Below are positions 17,513-27,689 of a stretch of DNA of 32,000 bases, in pieces. This DNA is from Candidatus Hadarchaeales archaeon (GTDB lineage: Archaea > Hadarchaeota > Hadarchaeia > Hadarchaeales > Hadarchaeaceae): positions 56,592 through 88,591 of the forward strand of contig JAWBCC010000004.1 of assembly GCA_038823825.1 (NCBI GenBank), given 5' to 3'. The notes beneath the pieces were generated by a model. That model was given only the letters and a program-made list of their open reading frames with translations, was not told the DNA's origin and did not search any database. The position numbers and the translations under genes were made by a program. Position 1 is the first letter of the stretch; each line of letters starts with the position of its first letter.

Positions 17513-20330
17513 GTTGCAGTGAAATGCCCCTGAAAATGGGGATTGAAAGATCCGTAGATAATTTTGGCTTCATGCTGGTGGAAAGTTGCAGTGAAATGCC
17601 CCTGAAAATGGGGATTGAAAGTCACTTCAACCCACGTGCCGCCGACGTTTATCTCTGGTTGCAGTGAAATGCCCCTGAAAATGGGGATTGAAAGTTAAGA
17701 AGTGTCTCTTGAGCCCCTCTGGAAATCCAAGTTGCAGTGAAATGCCCCTGAAAATGGGGATTGAAAGTAAATTACCGTATAGAGAATTATCTCCTTTACA
17801 GATGTTGCAGTGAAATGCCCCTGAAAATGGGGATTGAAAGTTTTTACCATTTACTCGACCCCTTCATCAGCTTGTAGTTGCAGTGAAATGCCCCTGAAAA
17901 TGGGGATTGAAAGTAAGTTAATATACCCTTTGAGTGAAGATTTATTCTATGTTGCAGTGAAATGCCCCTGAAAATGGGGATTGAAAGAATAACCCGAAAT
18001 CATAAAATAAGTGTCTCTTAATCGTTGCAGTGAAATGCCCCTGAAAATGGGGATTGAAAGCTATACAGATATTATAGTGGATGATGATGCATAAGGTGTT
18101 GCAGTGAAATGCCCCTGAAAATGGGGATTGAAAGATGAATGTGCCAAAGATGGAAAAGCATATTCTTCAATGTTGCAGTGAAATGCCCCTGAAAATGGGG
18201 ATTGAAAGACTTTTTCAAACTTCATTCTTTTTCACCTCCTCCTGGTTGCAGTGAAATGCCCCTGAAAATGGGGATTGAAAGCTGTAAGGAAATGCATCAT
18301 AAATATCCACAAATGCAAGTTGCAGTGAAATGCCCCTGAAAATGGGGATTGAAAGAAAGTAACCAAAAATTTCCAATTCTCCTTCTGTATGTTGCAGTGA
18401 AATGCCCCTGAAAATGGGGATTGAAAGTCTCATATCGCTCTAACAAGTCCGGTTTATGGGGAGTGTTGCAGTGAAATGCCCCTGAAAATGGGGATTGAAA
18501 GTAGTATTCATCTGGAACCACCTGAACACTGTCTGACGTTGCAGTGAAATGCCCCTGAAAATGGGGATTGAAAGTCTTTTTCAGCCAATGCTAACCCTAC
18601 ACAATAGTGGTTGCAGTGAAATGCCCCTGAAAATGGGGATTGAAAGCATCACCTCCGGCTCTACGATGTACTGGATTCCGTGTTGCAGTGAAATGCCCCT
18701 GAAAATGGGGATTGAAAGTTATTCACTCAGTAAAGGTGAAACACTCAAGGTCAGGGTTGCAGTGAAATGCCCCTGAAAATGGGGATTGAAAGCCGGTAAA
18801 TCTTGTGGCATCCTCCATTCCTTTCTTTCGTTGCAGTGAAATGCCCCTGAAAATGGGGATTGAAAGAAGTTTTCTCTCTCACCGATGGCATATACAGTTT
18901 CGGTGTTGCAGTGAAATGCCCCTGAAAATGGGGATTGAAAGATTCCCATCTCCTCACTGAAAGCCTGAAACGAAAGAAGTTGCAGTGAAATGCCCCTGAA
19001 AATGGGGATTGAAAGAACCACATATATGCCTCGTCCAGTAGCACCAATCCATGTTGCAGTGAAATGCCCCTGAAAATGGGGATTGAAAGCTCCCATTTGG
19101 TCAATATATCGTGAAGGTCTCGTTCGTGTTGCAGTGAAATGCCCCTGAAAATGGGGATTGAAAGATCGCAATAGCAATCATCTCTCTTTTTCCTAGTTCC
19201 GTTGCAGTGAAATGCCCCTGAAAATGGGGATTGAAAGAAAAATGCCCTTCTGTCTCTTTCATCGGGAATCACTGTTGCAGTGAAATGCCCCTGAAAATGG
19301 GGATTGAAAGTGAATATCGAATGCACAGCCCTCCCCGTTCTTTAATGTTGCAGTGAAATGCCCCTGAAAATGGGGATTGAAAGGAGCAGGATCAGCGTTC
19401 GTGACAGAGCGGAGGATGTTGCAGTGAAATGCCCCTGAAAATGGGGATTGAAAGCAACAGGCGGATAAAACCATTCGAGAAATCATATCGTTGCAGTGAA
19501 ATGCCCCTGAAAATGGGGATTGAAAGTTGTACAGTGTGTTCGCTTGTTCTTGTGTCAGGTAGGTTGCAGTGAAATGCCCCTGAAAATGGGGATTGAAAGC
19601 CCGCTTTTCCTAAAACACGTTTAACACCGAGAAGAGGTTGCAGTGAAATGCCCCTGAAAATGGGGATTGAAAGAGAATGACCTGTCCGCCGGGTTTGTCT
19701 GGAACCACTGTTGCAGTGAAATGCCCCTGAAAATGGGGATTGAAAGCTGTATTCATAACCTTCTGGCTTGAACGCTAAAACTGTTGCAGTGAAATGCCCC
19801 TGAAAATGGGGATTGAAAGGTTCTAGCTCTGCCGGATCATGCAAAAGTGTACAATGTTGCAGTGAAATGCCCCTGAAAATGGGGATTGAAAGTACTTGCG
19901 CCTTTTGGCTAGCAGCAATTATTGCTGCGTTGCAGTGAAATGCCCCTGAAAATGGGGATTGAAAGGAATACAAGTGCCTCATCCCCTCGCTCCATTTTTA
20001 TGTTGCAGTGAAATGCCCCTGAAAATGGGGATTGAAAGCATTGCTTTGTGCAGATCCTCGTCGGTGAGCTCCTGTTGCAGTGAAATGCCCCTGAAAATGG
20101 GGATTGAAAGTCAGTCACGAGCCGCATCTCCTGCAGCTCGGCTTTTGTTGCAGTGAAATGCCCCTGAAAATGGGGATTGAAAGCAGAAAATCTTCTTATT
20201 GAAAATCTTCGCACAACTTGTTGCAGTGAAATGCCCCTGAAAATGGGGATTGAAAGCTCGAAAAATCTGATTTTTATGTGAACGAGGAGAGAAGTTGCAG
20301 TGAAATGCCCCTGAAAATGGGGATTGAAAG
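17513..20330 (+). CRISPR. CRISPR array, 39 repeats / 38 spacers
   Basis: 37-nt repeat GTTGCAGTGAAATGCCCCTGAAAATGGGGATTGAAAG, hand-counted at 17513, 17585, 17658, 17731 ... 20220, 20294; spacers about 34-38 nt; the ATTGAAAG end supports + strand transcription with the leader on the left. Confidence 0.99.
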
Positions 20331-20331
20331 G

Positions 20332-20357
20332 ATCTTCCGTTCGAATTGACGGAAGAT
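20332..20357 (+). terminator. Hairpin immediately after the last CRISPR repeat
   Basis: ATCTTCCGT-tcgaattg-ACGGAAGAT, perfect 9-bp stem with 8-nt loop, starting 2 nt after the array; no clear U-tract. Confidence 0.4.
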
Positions 20358-20390
20358 ACCAAAGTTCAGTAAAAGATTTGGCTGACACTT

Positions 20391-20714
20391 TCATTTGGAC
20401 TTGCCCGTTCGAATTTTAGCTCTCACTATAAGATGCCACGTATTTCCAGTGTGAAGAGTATACAAAATTCCATACCTTCCTGTCCATTTCCAGCCGCGCT
20501 CACCTAACTTTGGATATCTTTTGAGATCGGGGTTACCGAGCAGTTCATGGATAAAATCCTCTGTAAACTCGTGAGCAACTAAATCGCAAAGCGATTTTCG
20601 CAGTTTATTAAAATCAAAAGACGTTCCACAATTTCCACATCTCCATCTGTTCCTTCCGATTTTTTCTAGAGAATTGTAGCAACACTGCGGACAAGTCAAT
20701 TCCGCTTCACTCAT
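20391..20714 (-). CDS. Small zinc-ribbon protein of unknown function, probable operon partner of the DpnI-like gene
   Basis: 107 aa; CPQCCYNSLEKIGRNRWRCGNC zinc ribbon; starts 27 nt downstream of the DpnI-like stop on the same strand. Confidence 0.65.
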   Translation of the reverse strand: MSEAELTCPQCCYNSLEKIGRNRWRCGNCGTSFDFNKLRKSLCDLVAHEFTEDFIHELLGNPDLKRYPKLGERGWKWTGRYGILYTLHTGNTWHLIVRAKIRTGKSK

Positions 20715-20741
20715 GATCCGATCTGATCAAAAACGGCCTAT

Positions 20742-21527
20742 TTAAGACTTCCTGATCCGATAAAGGCCTTTCCCCAAAAACTCGATGATCCCGTGATCTC
20801 TTAATATCTGCAACTGTTGGCGGATTTTCGGACGGATGTGCTTGTTTTTCGGATGGAGCTGTGCCAACCTATTCTCAAATGCGTACACATCTCTGAGCGT
20901 GAACTGTTCCTGACCCAGCTCCCTAATGCAGGCAAGTACATCCGCTAACCAACCGCGAGAGCGGAGTGATTGCTCACGCATGAATATAAATCGGTTCCAT
21001 GAATCCCTCACAACAGCCGCTGGTATTTCTCGACCATTTTCTATGATCGGAATTCTGGCGTCTGGGGGGAGGTTTCCTAAAAGAATGTTTGAACCTACCC
21101 AGCCACGCCTTCTAGCACTTTCTCCGAGAGGTTTCCGTTTTTCTATTATCGATTCCGTGATGAAATGTTTTGGCACTAGAAAAAGATCTAACACTATAAA
21201 CTTCCTCGGATCATATCGAAGGAAGAGAAAATTCGGGATGGTTCCAGCCCGGATAGCTTCTATCTTTGGCGCATAGGCGGAATTCACAATACGATTCCCA
21301 AATGGATGAGATTGGCTTTTTAGTTGATATTGCTCGCTACAATTTGGACAAACAAAGTCAACGACTCGCTCTCCCCTACGTGTAGGAGATAGATGATCTG
21401 ACGGACATGCTGGACAATACATATTCTCTTGAATCCAAGCTTCTGTTAAGATTCGCGCCCGCTGAGAGAAGCTTTTGTAACTAACGGCTAGTTCTGGTTT
21501 TAGTTCCAATTTCAAGCATATCCCCAA
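20742..21527 (-). CDS. DpnI-like methyl-directed type IIM restriction endonuclease
   Basis: Resembles recalled DpnI throughout: SYKSFSQRARILTEAW, CPAC/CPNC zinc site, NSAYAPKIEAIRAGTIPNFLFLRYD, KRKPLGESARRRGWVGSNI, SLRSRGWLADVL, and C-terminal winged helix KHIRPKIRQQLQILRDHGIIEFLGKGLYR. Confidence 0.88.
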   Translation of the reverse strand: MGICLKLELKPELAVSYKSFSQRARILTEAWIQENMYCPACPSDHLSPTRRGERVVDFVCPNCSEQYQLKSQSHPFGNRIVNSAYAPKIEAIRAGTIPNFLFLRYDPRKFIVLDLFLVPKHFITESIIEKRKPLGESARRRGWVGSNILLGNLPPDARIPIIENGREIPAAVVRDSWNRFIFMREQSLRSRGWLADVLACIRELGQEQFTLRDVYAFENRLAQLHPKNKHIRPKIRQQLQILRDHGIIEFLGKGLYRIRKS

Positions 21528-21655
21528 CTACATTAGATAACGAAATGATCTAAAAGTTGCGGAAAGTTTGCTGTTTTCCCTCTTGCTTAACCGCGACCTT
21601 CCGATAACCCCGGCGGACAATTACTAATATTAGTTCTATCGTAGATTTTGTGACG

Positions 21656-22294
21656 ATGAAAGTCAAGTGGTGGGGTCACGCCTGCTTCGAGCTCAAAAAC
21701 GAAACCACAATCGTTTTCGATCCCCATGATGGTAAAGGTGTTGGGCTCAAGCCACCAGAAACCAAAGCTGACATAATCCTCATTTCCCATCTTCACTATG
21801 ACCACGCCGACGGGGCAGATCTTGTTAAGAAAGCACAATCTACTATTATAGCTGAACAATCTGGAGAATTCTCAGTAGCAAAAGCAAAGATAAAGGGAAT
21901 CTCTTCCTATCACGATGAGAATTTCGGAAAGCTCAGAGGAAAAAATATCATATACGTCGTGGAAATCGAAGGTCTGAGATTTTGTCACCTCGGAGATCTT
22001 GGCCACGTCCCGACCGACGCACAAGTGAAAGATATTGGAGAAGTCGATGTTCTATTCGTTCCGGTCGGTGGGACATACACAATCGACGCAACCGGTGCAA
22101 CGAAAACGATTGAAAAAATAAAACCAAAAATCGCCGTCCCGATGCACTATGCAGTGAAGGGCCTGAGGGTGAAAATAGCTGGAGTTGAAGAATTTTTGAG
22201 AGAAAAGAAAAATATCCGCAGATTAGAAACTGACGAGTTTGAAATCACTAAAGAGAAACTGCCTAAGGAAACCGAGATATGGGTACTCTCTTAG
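21656..22294 (+). CDS. Metallo-beta-lactamase-fold metal-dependent hydrolase (UPF0173-like)
   Basis: MKVKWWGHACFELKN...DIILISHLHYDHADGADLVKK...HLGDLGH...VPMHYAVKG. Confidence 0.88.
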   Translation: MKVKWWGHACFELKNETTIVFDPHDGKGVGLKPPETKADIILISHLHYDHADGADLVKKAQSTIIAEQSGEFSVAKAKIKGISSYHDENFGKLRGKNIIYVVEIEGLRFCHLGDLGHVPTDAQVKDIGEVDVLFVPVGGTYTIDATGATKTIEKIKPKIAVPMHYAVKGLRVKIAGVEEFLREKKNIRRLETDEFEITKEKLPKETEIWVLS

Positions 22295-22383
22295 AAGGGC
22301 CATTAAAATTTGCTCTGCGCTATCTCACTCTGGAAACACCCAGATAATACGTTTTAAACCAAACAAAAATGAAGTGATTTGCG

Positions 22384-23433
22384 ATGATAGTAACGCACGA
22401 GCAGGAGAAGCGTCTGATATACGCTTTGCTCTCAAAGCTCGATGTCGATCCCGAACAAGCAGAAGTCACAGCGGACGTTCTAACAGAAGGAGATCTTCGC
22501 GGTTTTTCCTCGCACGGGATCATGCGCCTGCCATATATTCTCAGGGCGATAAAGAGAGGAACGATAATCGGAAGAGCCAATGTGAAAATCGCGAGAGAGA
22601 AAGGAGCAACCGCTTTGGTTGATGGTGGCCATGGGCTCGGCCATTACATTGCAAAAAAAGCCATGGAGATCGCCATCGAGAAAGCCAAGAAATTCGGAAT
22701 CGGCGCAGTAGGAGTCATGAACTCAAACCATTTCGGAATAGCCGGCTACTATGCGGAAATGGCCGTCAAAGAGGAGATGATCGGGATTGTGACAACGACG
22801 ACAGATGCCCTCGTCCATCCATGGGGAGGAGTCGAGCCAATCCTCGGAACAAACGCTTTGGCCATAGGCATCCCAGCAGAGCCCATTCCCATAATCGTAG
22901 ACATGGCGATGAGCAACGCTGCAAGAGGCAAAATCGTCCAAGCGTTGAAAGAAGGAAGAGAAATTCCGCTCGGGTGGGCAATAGACGAGGAAGGAAATCC
23001 AACAACAGATCCAGCAAAGGCGATAAAAGGTGCACTCAGTCCCTTCGGGGGCGTGAAAGGATATGCGCTGGCGTTAGCGCTTGAAATCTTGGCAGGTCCA
23101 CTTGTTGGTGCGGAGGCTGGAAAGAAAGTAAGGGGAACCCTCGAACCGGTTGAGGATTTCTGCACGAAGGGTGATCTGATGATAGCTATAGACCCAACAA
23201 CCTTCGTACCAAAAGACGAATTCAAAAGAAAGGTGGGAGAATTCATCGAAGAAATAAAATCGTCGAAAAAAGCCAAGGGGGCTGAAGAGATTTTGCTGCC
23301 AGGAGAACCGGAGCTAAGAACTAGGGAAAAAAGACTGAGAGATGGAATCCCGATATCTGAGGAGGTCTGGAAAGAAATAGAAACTTGGGCAAAAGAGCTT
23401 AACGTCGATCTCGAAGAAATCCTCCGTCAGTAA
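22384..23433 (+). CDS. Malate/L-lactate dehydrogenase family oxidoreductase (LDH2/MDH2 type)
   Basis: GDLRGFSSHGIMRLPYILRAIKRG, GHGLGHYIAKKAM, GVMNSNHFGIAGYYAEMA, GVEPILGTNALAIGIPAEP. Confidence 0.92.
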   Translation: MIVTHEQEKRLIYALLSKLDVDPEQAEVTADVLTEGDLRGFSSHGIMRLPYILRAIKRGTIIGRANVKIAREKGATALVDGGHGLGHYIAKKAMEIAIEKAKKFGIGAVGVMNSNHFGIAGYYAEMAVKEEMIGIVTTTTDALVHPWGGVEPILGTNALAIGIPAEPIPIIVDMAMSNAARGKIVQALKEGREIPLGWAIDEEGNPTTDPAKAIKGALSPFGGVKGYALALALEILAGPLVGAEAGKKVRGTLEPVEDFCTKGDLMIAIDPTTFVPKDEFKRKVGEFIEEIKSSKKAKGAEEILLPGEPELRTREKRLRDGIPISEEVWKEIETWAKELNVDLEEILRQ

Positions 23434-24011
23434 AACTCTGTTCCTCTCTTTTTCAGATACTCCAGAAGTTTCCAAGAAATCAGCGGCTTTCCATCGACAA
23501 GCGGATAGGCGAATGGTAGAATTATCGAACAACCCTTTTCGATTGGTATCTCGACCTCACAGACGACCGGAATGTCTCTCAATTTTCTCCCGCCCATTAT
23601 CTCCCTGACAACAAAAACGCTACCGTCGATCGAGAACTGGGATTCACCTATGTTTCTTTTTCTACAACCGGGCAATCTATCCGTCAAAAGCTTCTTCGTC
23701 CGTCCGAGAGGAGGATCGTCACCGAGAATTCCTCCGATGACCACCCCATCCATCCCGGAGAAGTCCTTTCCACTCAGAGATTTCTCAGCCTGTGGATCCA
23801 AAACCAAAAGCCTGCGAGAATCGAATACTTCTGCCACGCTCTCTTTCACGGCTCGACAAAATTTTGAAAGTTTTCTCCGCTCTGACTCCAGCTTGACGTT
23901 CGTTATTAGCAGATTTCCATCTAAAATCTCCGCCGCATGAGAGTATTCCGCTAGTAACCAATCGCTAAGCCTCGGTTCCAAATGTTCGATGACGATTTGA
24001 GGTTTTCTCAT
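23427..24011 (-). CDS. SPOUT methyltransferase, SFM1-like
   Basis: VIEHLEPRLSDWLLAEYSHAAEI...LLVLDPQAEKSL...GGILGDDPPLGRTKKLLTD...RNIGESQFSIDGSVFVVREI; resembles the recalled yeast Sfm1 motifs IEHMEEGFSEWVILEY and GGILGDHPPRDRT. Confidence 0.78.
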   Translation of the reverse strand: MRKPQIVIEHLEPRLSDWLLAEYSHAAEILDGNLLITNVKLESERRKLSKFCRAVKESVAEVFDSRRLLVLDPQAEKSLSGKDFSGMDGVVIGGILGDDPPLGRTKKLLTDRLPGCRKRNIGESQFSIDGSVFVVREIMGGRKLRDIPVVCEVEIPIEKGCSIILPFAYPLVDGKPLISWKLLEYLKKRGTEFY

Positions 24012-25285
24012 TTGACCCGCTGAGCGGCTTTCGTAAGAGCTTCAACCACCGGGAGAGGTTCGCCAGTTAGGAGGCTTATCGTTGCGCCCCCGCCCGTGCT
24101 CACGTGCTTTATACCGTCGGCTGCTCCGCAAGCGTGGGCTGCTGCAACAATGTGACCACCGCCTATAACCGTGAAAGCGGGAGATTCCGCCATGGCTTTA
24201 AGAATTCCAAAGCTTCCTTTCTCGAAGCCTGGTTCCTCAAACGCTCCCAAGGGTCCATTCGCCACGACAGTCTTTGCCTTCATAATCTCCGCTCTGTAAG
24301 CCTCTACCGTTTTTGGCCCAATGTCGTAAATCGGCATATCTTCGGGAAGCTTTACTCTCTTGCCGCCGCTCACTAGAGCTGCGATCTCCCCGACTTTGAA
24401 GGTGGTAACTCCAAACTCCAAAACCCTGGGTTTATCTTCCATCTTTACGACGTAGTCTATTGGAACCAACACCCTATCTCCGTACTCAGCGACGATCTTC
24501 TTCGCTTTGTCAGCGATTTTGTCATAACCCTTCGAACGGATGAACTGCTCGTTCTTTTCTCCAAGGTCCACGCCGGCTGCCACGAGAAAAGCTTGACCGA
24601 CAAGGCCGCCGGTGAGAACAAGATCCGCGATACCCTCCTTTAGAACGCGCTCGGTGATCTTCACGGAGTCATCAAACTTCGCCCCTCCGAGAACATAGAG
24701 ACACGGATGCTCCGGTGTGACCGCTCTTGCCAGTCCCCTGAGCTCCCTCTCCATCAGCCTCCCAGCATATGTCGGCAAAACTTCGGCGAGACCAACGAGA
24801 GAGGGGCTGGCCCTGTGAATCGCCGCAAAAGCGTCATTCACGAAAATCTCTCCGACGGACGCTAGATATTTCACCATGAAGGTTTTGGAGAGCTTCTCCG
24901 GCGGAAGCTTGGCAACCTCTTCGGCTAGCATTCTGACGTTCTCTGCGAGCATTATCTCCCCTGGCTTCAATTGCTTTATCTTCTCGACAAGGGTGGGGCC
25001 GACGAGATCTGGAGCGTATTTCACATCCTTTCCAAGAACTTCAGATAGTTTCTTTGCGTGTTTCTCGAGCGTCGTAAAGTCCGGATCCTCTGGTCTACCC
25101 TGGTGCGCAAGAACAACAACTTTTGCTCCTCTATCTGCCAGCTCCCGGATGGTTGGAGCGCTCTCCCTTATCCTTGTGTCATCTAAAATATCGCCAGTCT
25201 GCGGATCTATCGGCGAGTTTATGTCGACTCTGACGATCACAACCTTTCCTTTCACCTCGACGTCATCCAGCGTTAGGAATCTCAT
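24008..25285 (-). CDS. pgk: Phosphoglycerate kinase (archaeal)
   Basis: VRVDINSPIDPQTGDILDDTRIRESAPTI, HQGRPEDPDFTTLEKHA, NDAFAAIHRASPSLVG, GGAKFDDS, STGGGATISLLTGEPLPVVEAL. Confidence 0.96.
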   Translation of the reverse strand: MRFLTLDDVEVKGKVVIVRVDINSPIDPQTGDILDDTRIRESAPTIRELADRGAKVVVLAHQGRPEDPDFTTLEKHAKKLSEVLGKDVKYAPDLVGPTLVEKIKQLKPGEIMLAENVRMLAEEVAKLPPEKLSKTFMVKYLASVGEIFVNDAFAAIHRASPSLVGLAEVLPTYAGRLMERELRGLARAVTPEHPCLYVLGGAKFDDSVKITERVLKEGIADLVLTGGLVGQAFLVAAGVDLGEKNEQFIRSKGYDKIADKAKKIVAEYGDRVLVPIDYVVKMEDKPRVLEFGVTTFKVGEIAALVSGGKRVKLPEDMPIYDIGPKTVEAYRAEIMKAKTVVANGPLGAFEEPGFEKGSFGILKAMAESPAFTVIGGGHIVAAAHACGAADGIKHVSTGGGATISLLTGEPLPVVEALTKAAQRVK

Positions 25286-25391
25286 GATTATCTCAACTCA
25301 AGTGTTGAAAGATTCTTTTAAAGATTTGCTTCTTTCCATTTTTGAAACGTGTTTCAGAATAGTTATAAACCGGAAAGGAGACTTTAATCGG

Positions 25392-26041
25392 ATGGTGGAA
25401 AAGATAGAGCTCATGCTGATGCTGGCAGAGTTTGGAGCACATCAACAGAAGATCAGACTGAGACTGGGAGAGCTAGCGGAAAGGTTAAGCTGCTCAAAAC
25501 AGACTGTTCACCGCAGACTTGTCGAGCTTGAGCAAGAAGGACTAATCGAAAGAGAAACGGATGGTAAAGGTCTGAAAGTTTTCATCACAGAAAGGGGTAG
25601 AGGTGTTCTGCATTCGTTTTACTTGAGGCTTGAAAAGGTGTTGCGAGGTTCAAAGACTTTGAAGATTTCTGGAACGGTGATATCGGGACTGGGTGAGGGA
25701 AAATATTATGTGACCCGCACAACCTATCTCAAGCAAATCGAAAGCTTGCTCGGCGGAAAACCATATCCCGGAACTCTGAATGTAAAGCTTGAAGGCCCAG
25801 CTGTAGAGATCATCGAAGTACTGCGGGAAACGCCATCGCAAATTGTAAAGGGTTTTAAAACAAAATCCAGAACATTCGGAGATGTAAAATATTATCCAGC
25901 TATCATTAAGGGTTTGAAGGCTGCAGTTGTACTTCCGGTTCGAAGTCATCATCGAGATGTCGTTGAGATCATCTCTACGAACAACCTGAGGAAAACGCTA
26001 AAACTCAGGGATGGGGACAGGGTGGAAGTGGAGGTAGAGAT

Positions 26042-26045
<4 letters not shown>
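25392..26045 (+). CDS. ribK: CTP-dependent riboflavin kinase with N-terminal HTH domain
   Basis: wHTH (LGELAERLSCSKQTVHRRLVELEQEGLIER) followed by SGTVISGLGEGKYYV...GKPYPGTLNVKL...VLPVRSHHRDVVEIIS; start trimmed from 24876 to ATG 25392. Confidence 0.9.
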
Positions 26046-27183
<1,138 letters not shown>

Positions 27184-27188
27184 AAGAA

Positions 27189-27602
27189 ATGGTGAGACTC
27201 GGAATAGTGGCCAGCGAATTCAACTTCGAAGTTGTCTCGGCAATGTTGGAGTTCGCAAGAAGACATGCAGAGTTCCTCGGGGCACAGATAACCGCAGAGA
27301 TCTTAGTTCCAGGAGTGTTCGAGATCCCGCTTGCGACAAAGATTCTACTAGACAGAGAGGACGTTGACGCTGTGGTGACGCTCGGAGCCGTTATCGAGGG
27401 AGAGACCGAACACGACGAGGTGATAATGCAACAGACGACTAGAAAACTCATGGATCTCTCCGTGCAAAGCGGAAAACCGGTGTCGCTGGGGATATCCGGA
27501 CCTGGCATGACAAGACTGCAAGCACTTGAGAGGGTCAACGAATATGCAAAGAGAGCAGTCGAAGCAGCAGTCAAAATGGCCAAACAATGTGGGCGCCGCT
27601 AG
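27189..27602 (+). CDS. ribH: 6,7-dimethyl-8-ribityllumazine synthase
   Basis: VRLGIVASEFNFEVVSAMLEFARRHAEFLGAQ...VPGVFEIPLATKILLDREDVDAVVTLGAVIEGETEHDEVI. Confidence 0.94.
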   Translation: MVRLGIVASEFNFEVVSAMLEFARRHAEFLGAQITAEILVPGVFEIPLATKILLDREDVDAVVTLGAVIEGETEHDEVIMQQTTRKLMDLSVQSGKPVSLGISGPGMTRLQALERVNEYAKRAVEAAVKMAKQCGRR

Positions 27603-27689
27603 ATGAACGAGCAGCACAAAAACGGCGAAAATTCAAAGTCGATCACTCTCTAAAATAGTTTTAGCGGCATAGTCTGGTGTTGGGAGCAA

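Noticed and set aside
18215-20156. Long ORFs across the CRISPR array (e.g. 18751..19326, 19392..19982, 19909..20394 on the minus strand)
   Set aside because: Their translations are periodic copies of the repeat (FNPHFQGHFTAT / FQSPFSGAFHCN / LSIPIFRGISLQ), an artefact of an array whose period is often divisible into open frames.
17017-21527. Toxin-antitoxin, retron, DGR or ncRNA-guided nuclease system near the CRISPR array
   Set aside because: No reverse transcriptase, TnpB/IscB, HEPN/MNT or cas-like ORF is present; only the DpnI-like gene and zinc-binding mini-proteins are seen.
21587-21859. Minus-strand 90-aa ORF between the DpnI-like and MBL genes, considered as a third defence gene
   Set aside because: It is largely antisense to the MBL hydrolase coding region and has no recognisable domain.
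22239-22622. 127-aa ORF between the MBL hydrolase and malate dehydrogenase genes
   Set aside because: It overlaps both genes out of frame, with Arg/Ser-rich nonsense composition.
24876-25391. N-terminal 172-aa extension of the riboflavin kinase ORF
   Set aside because: The extension is antisense to pgk, low complexity, and not riboflavin-kinase-like. ATG 25392 gives the expected HTH start.
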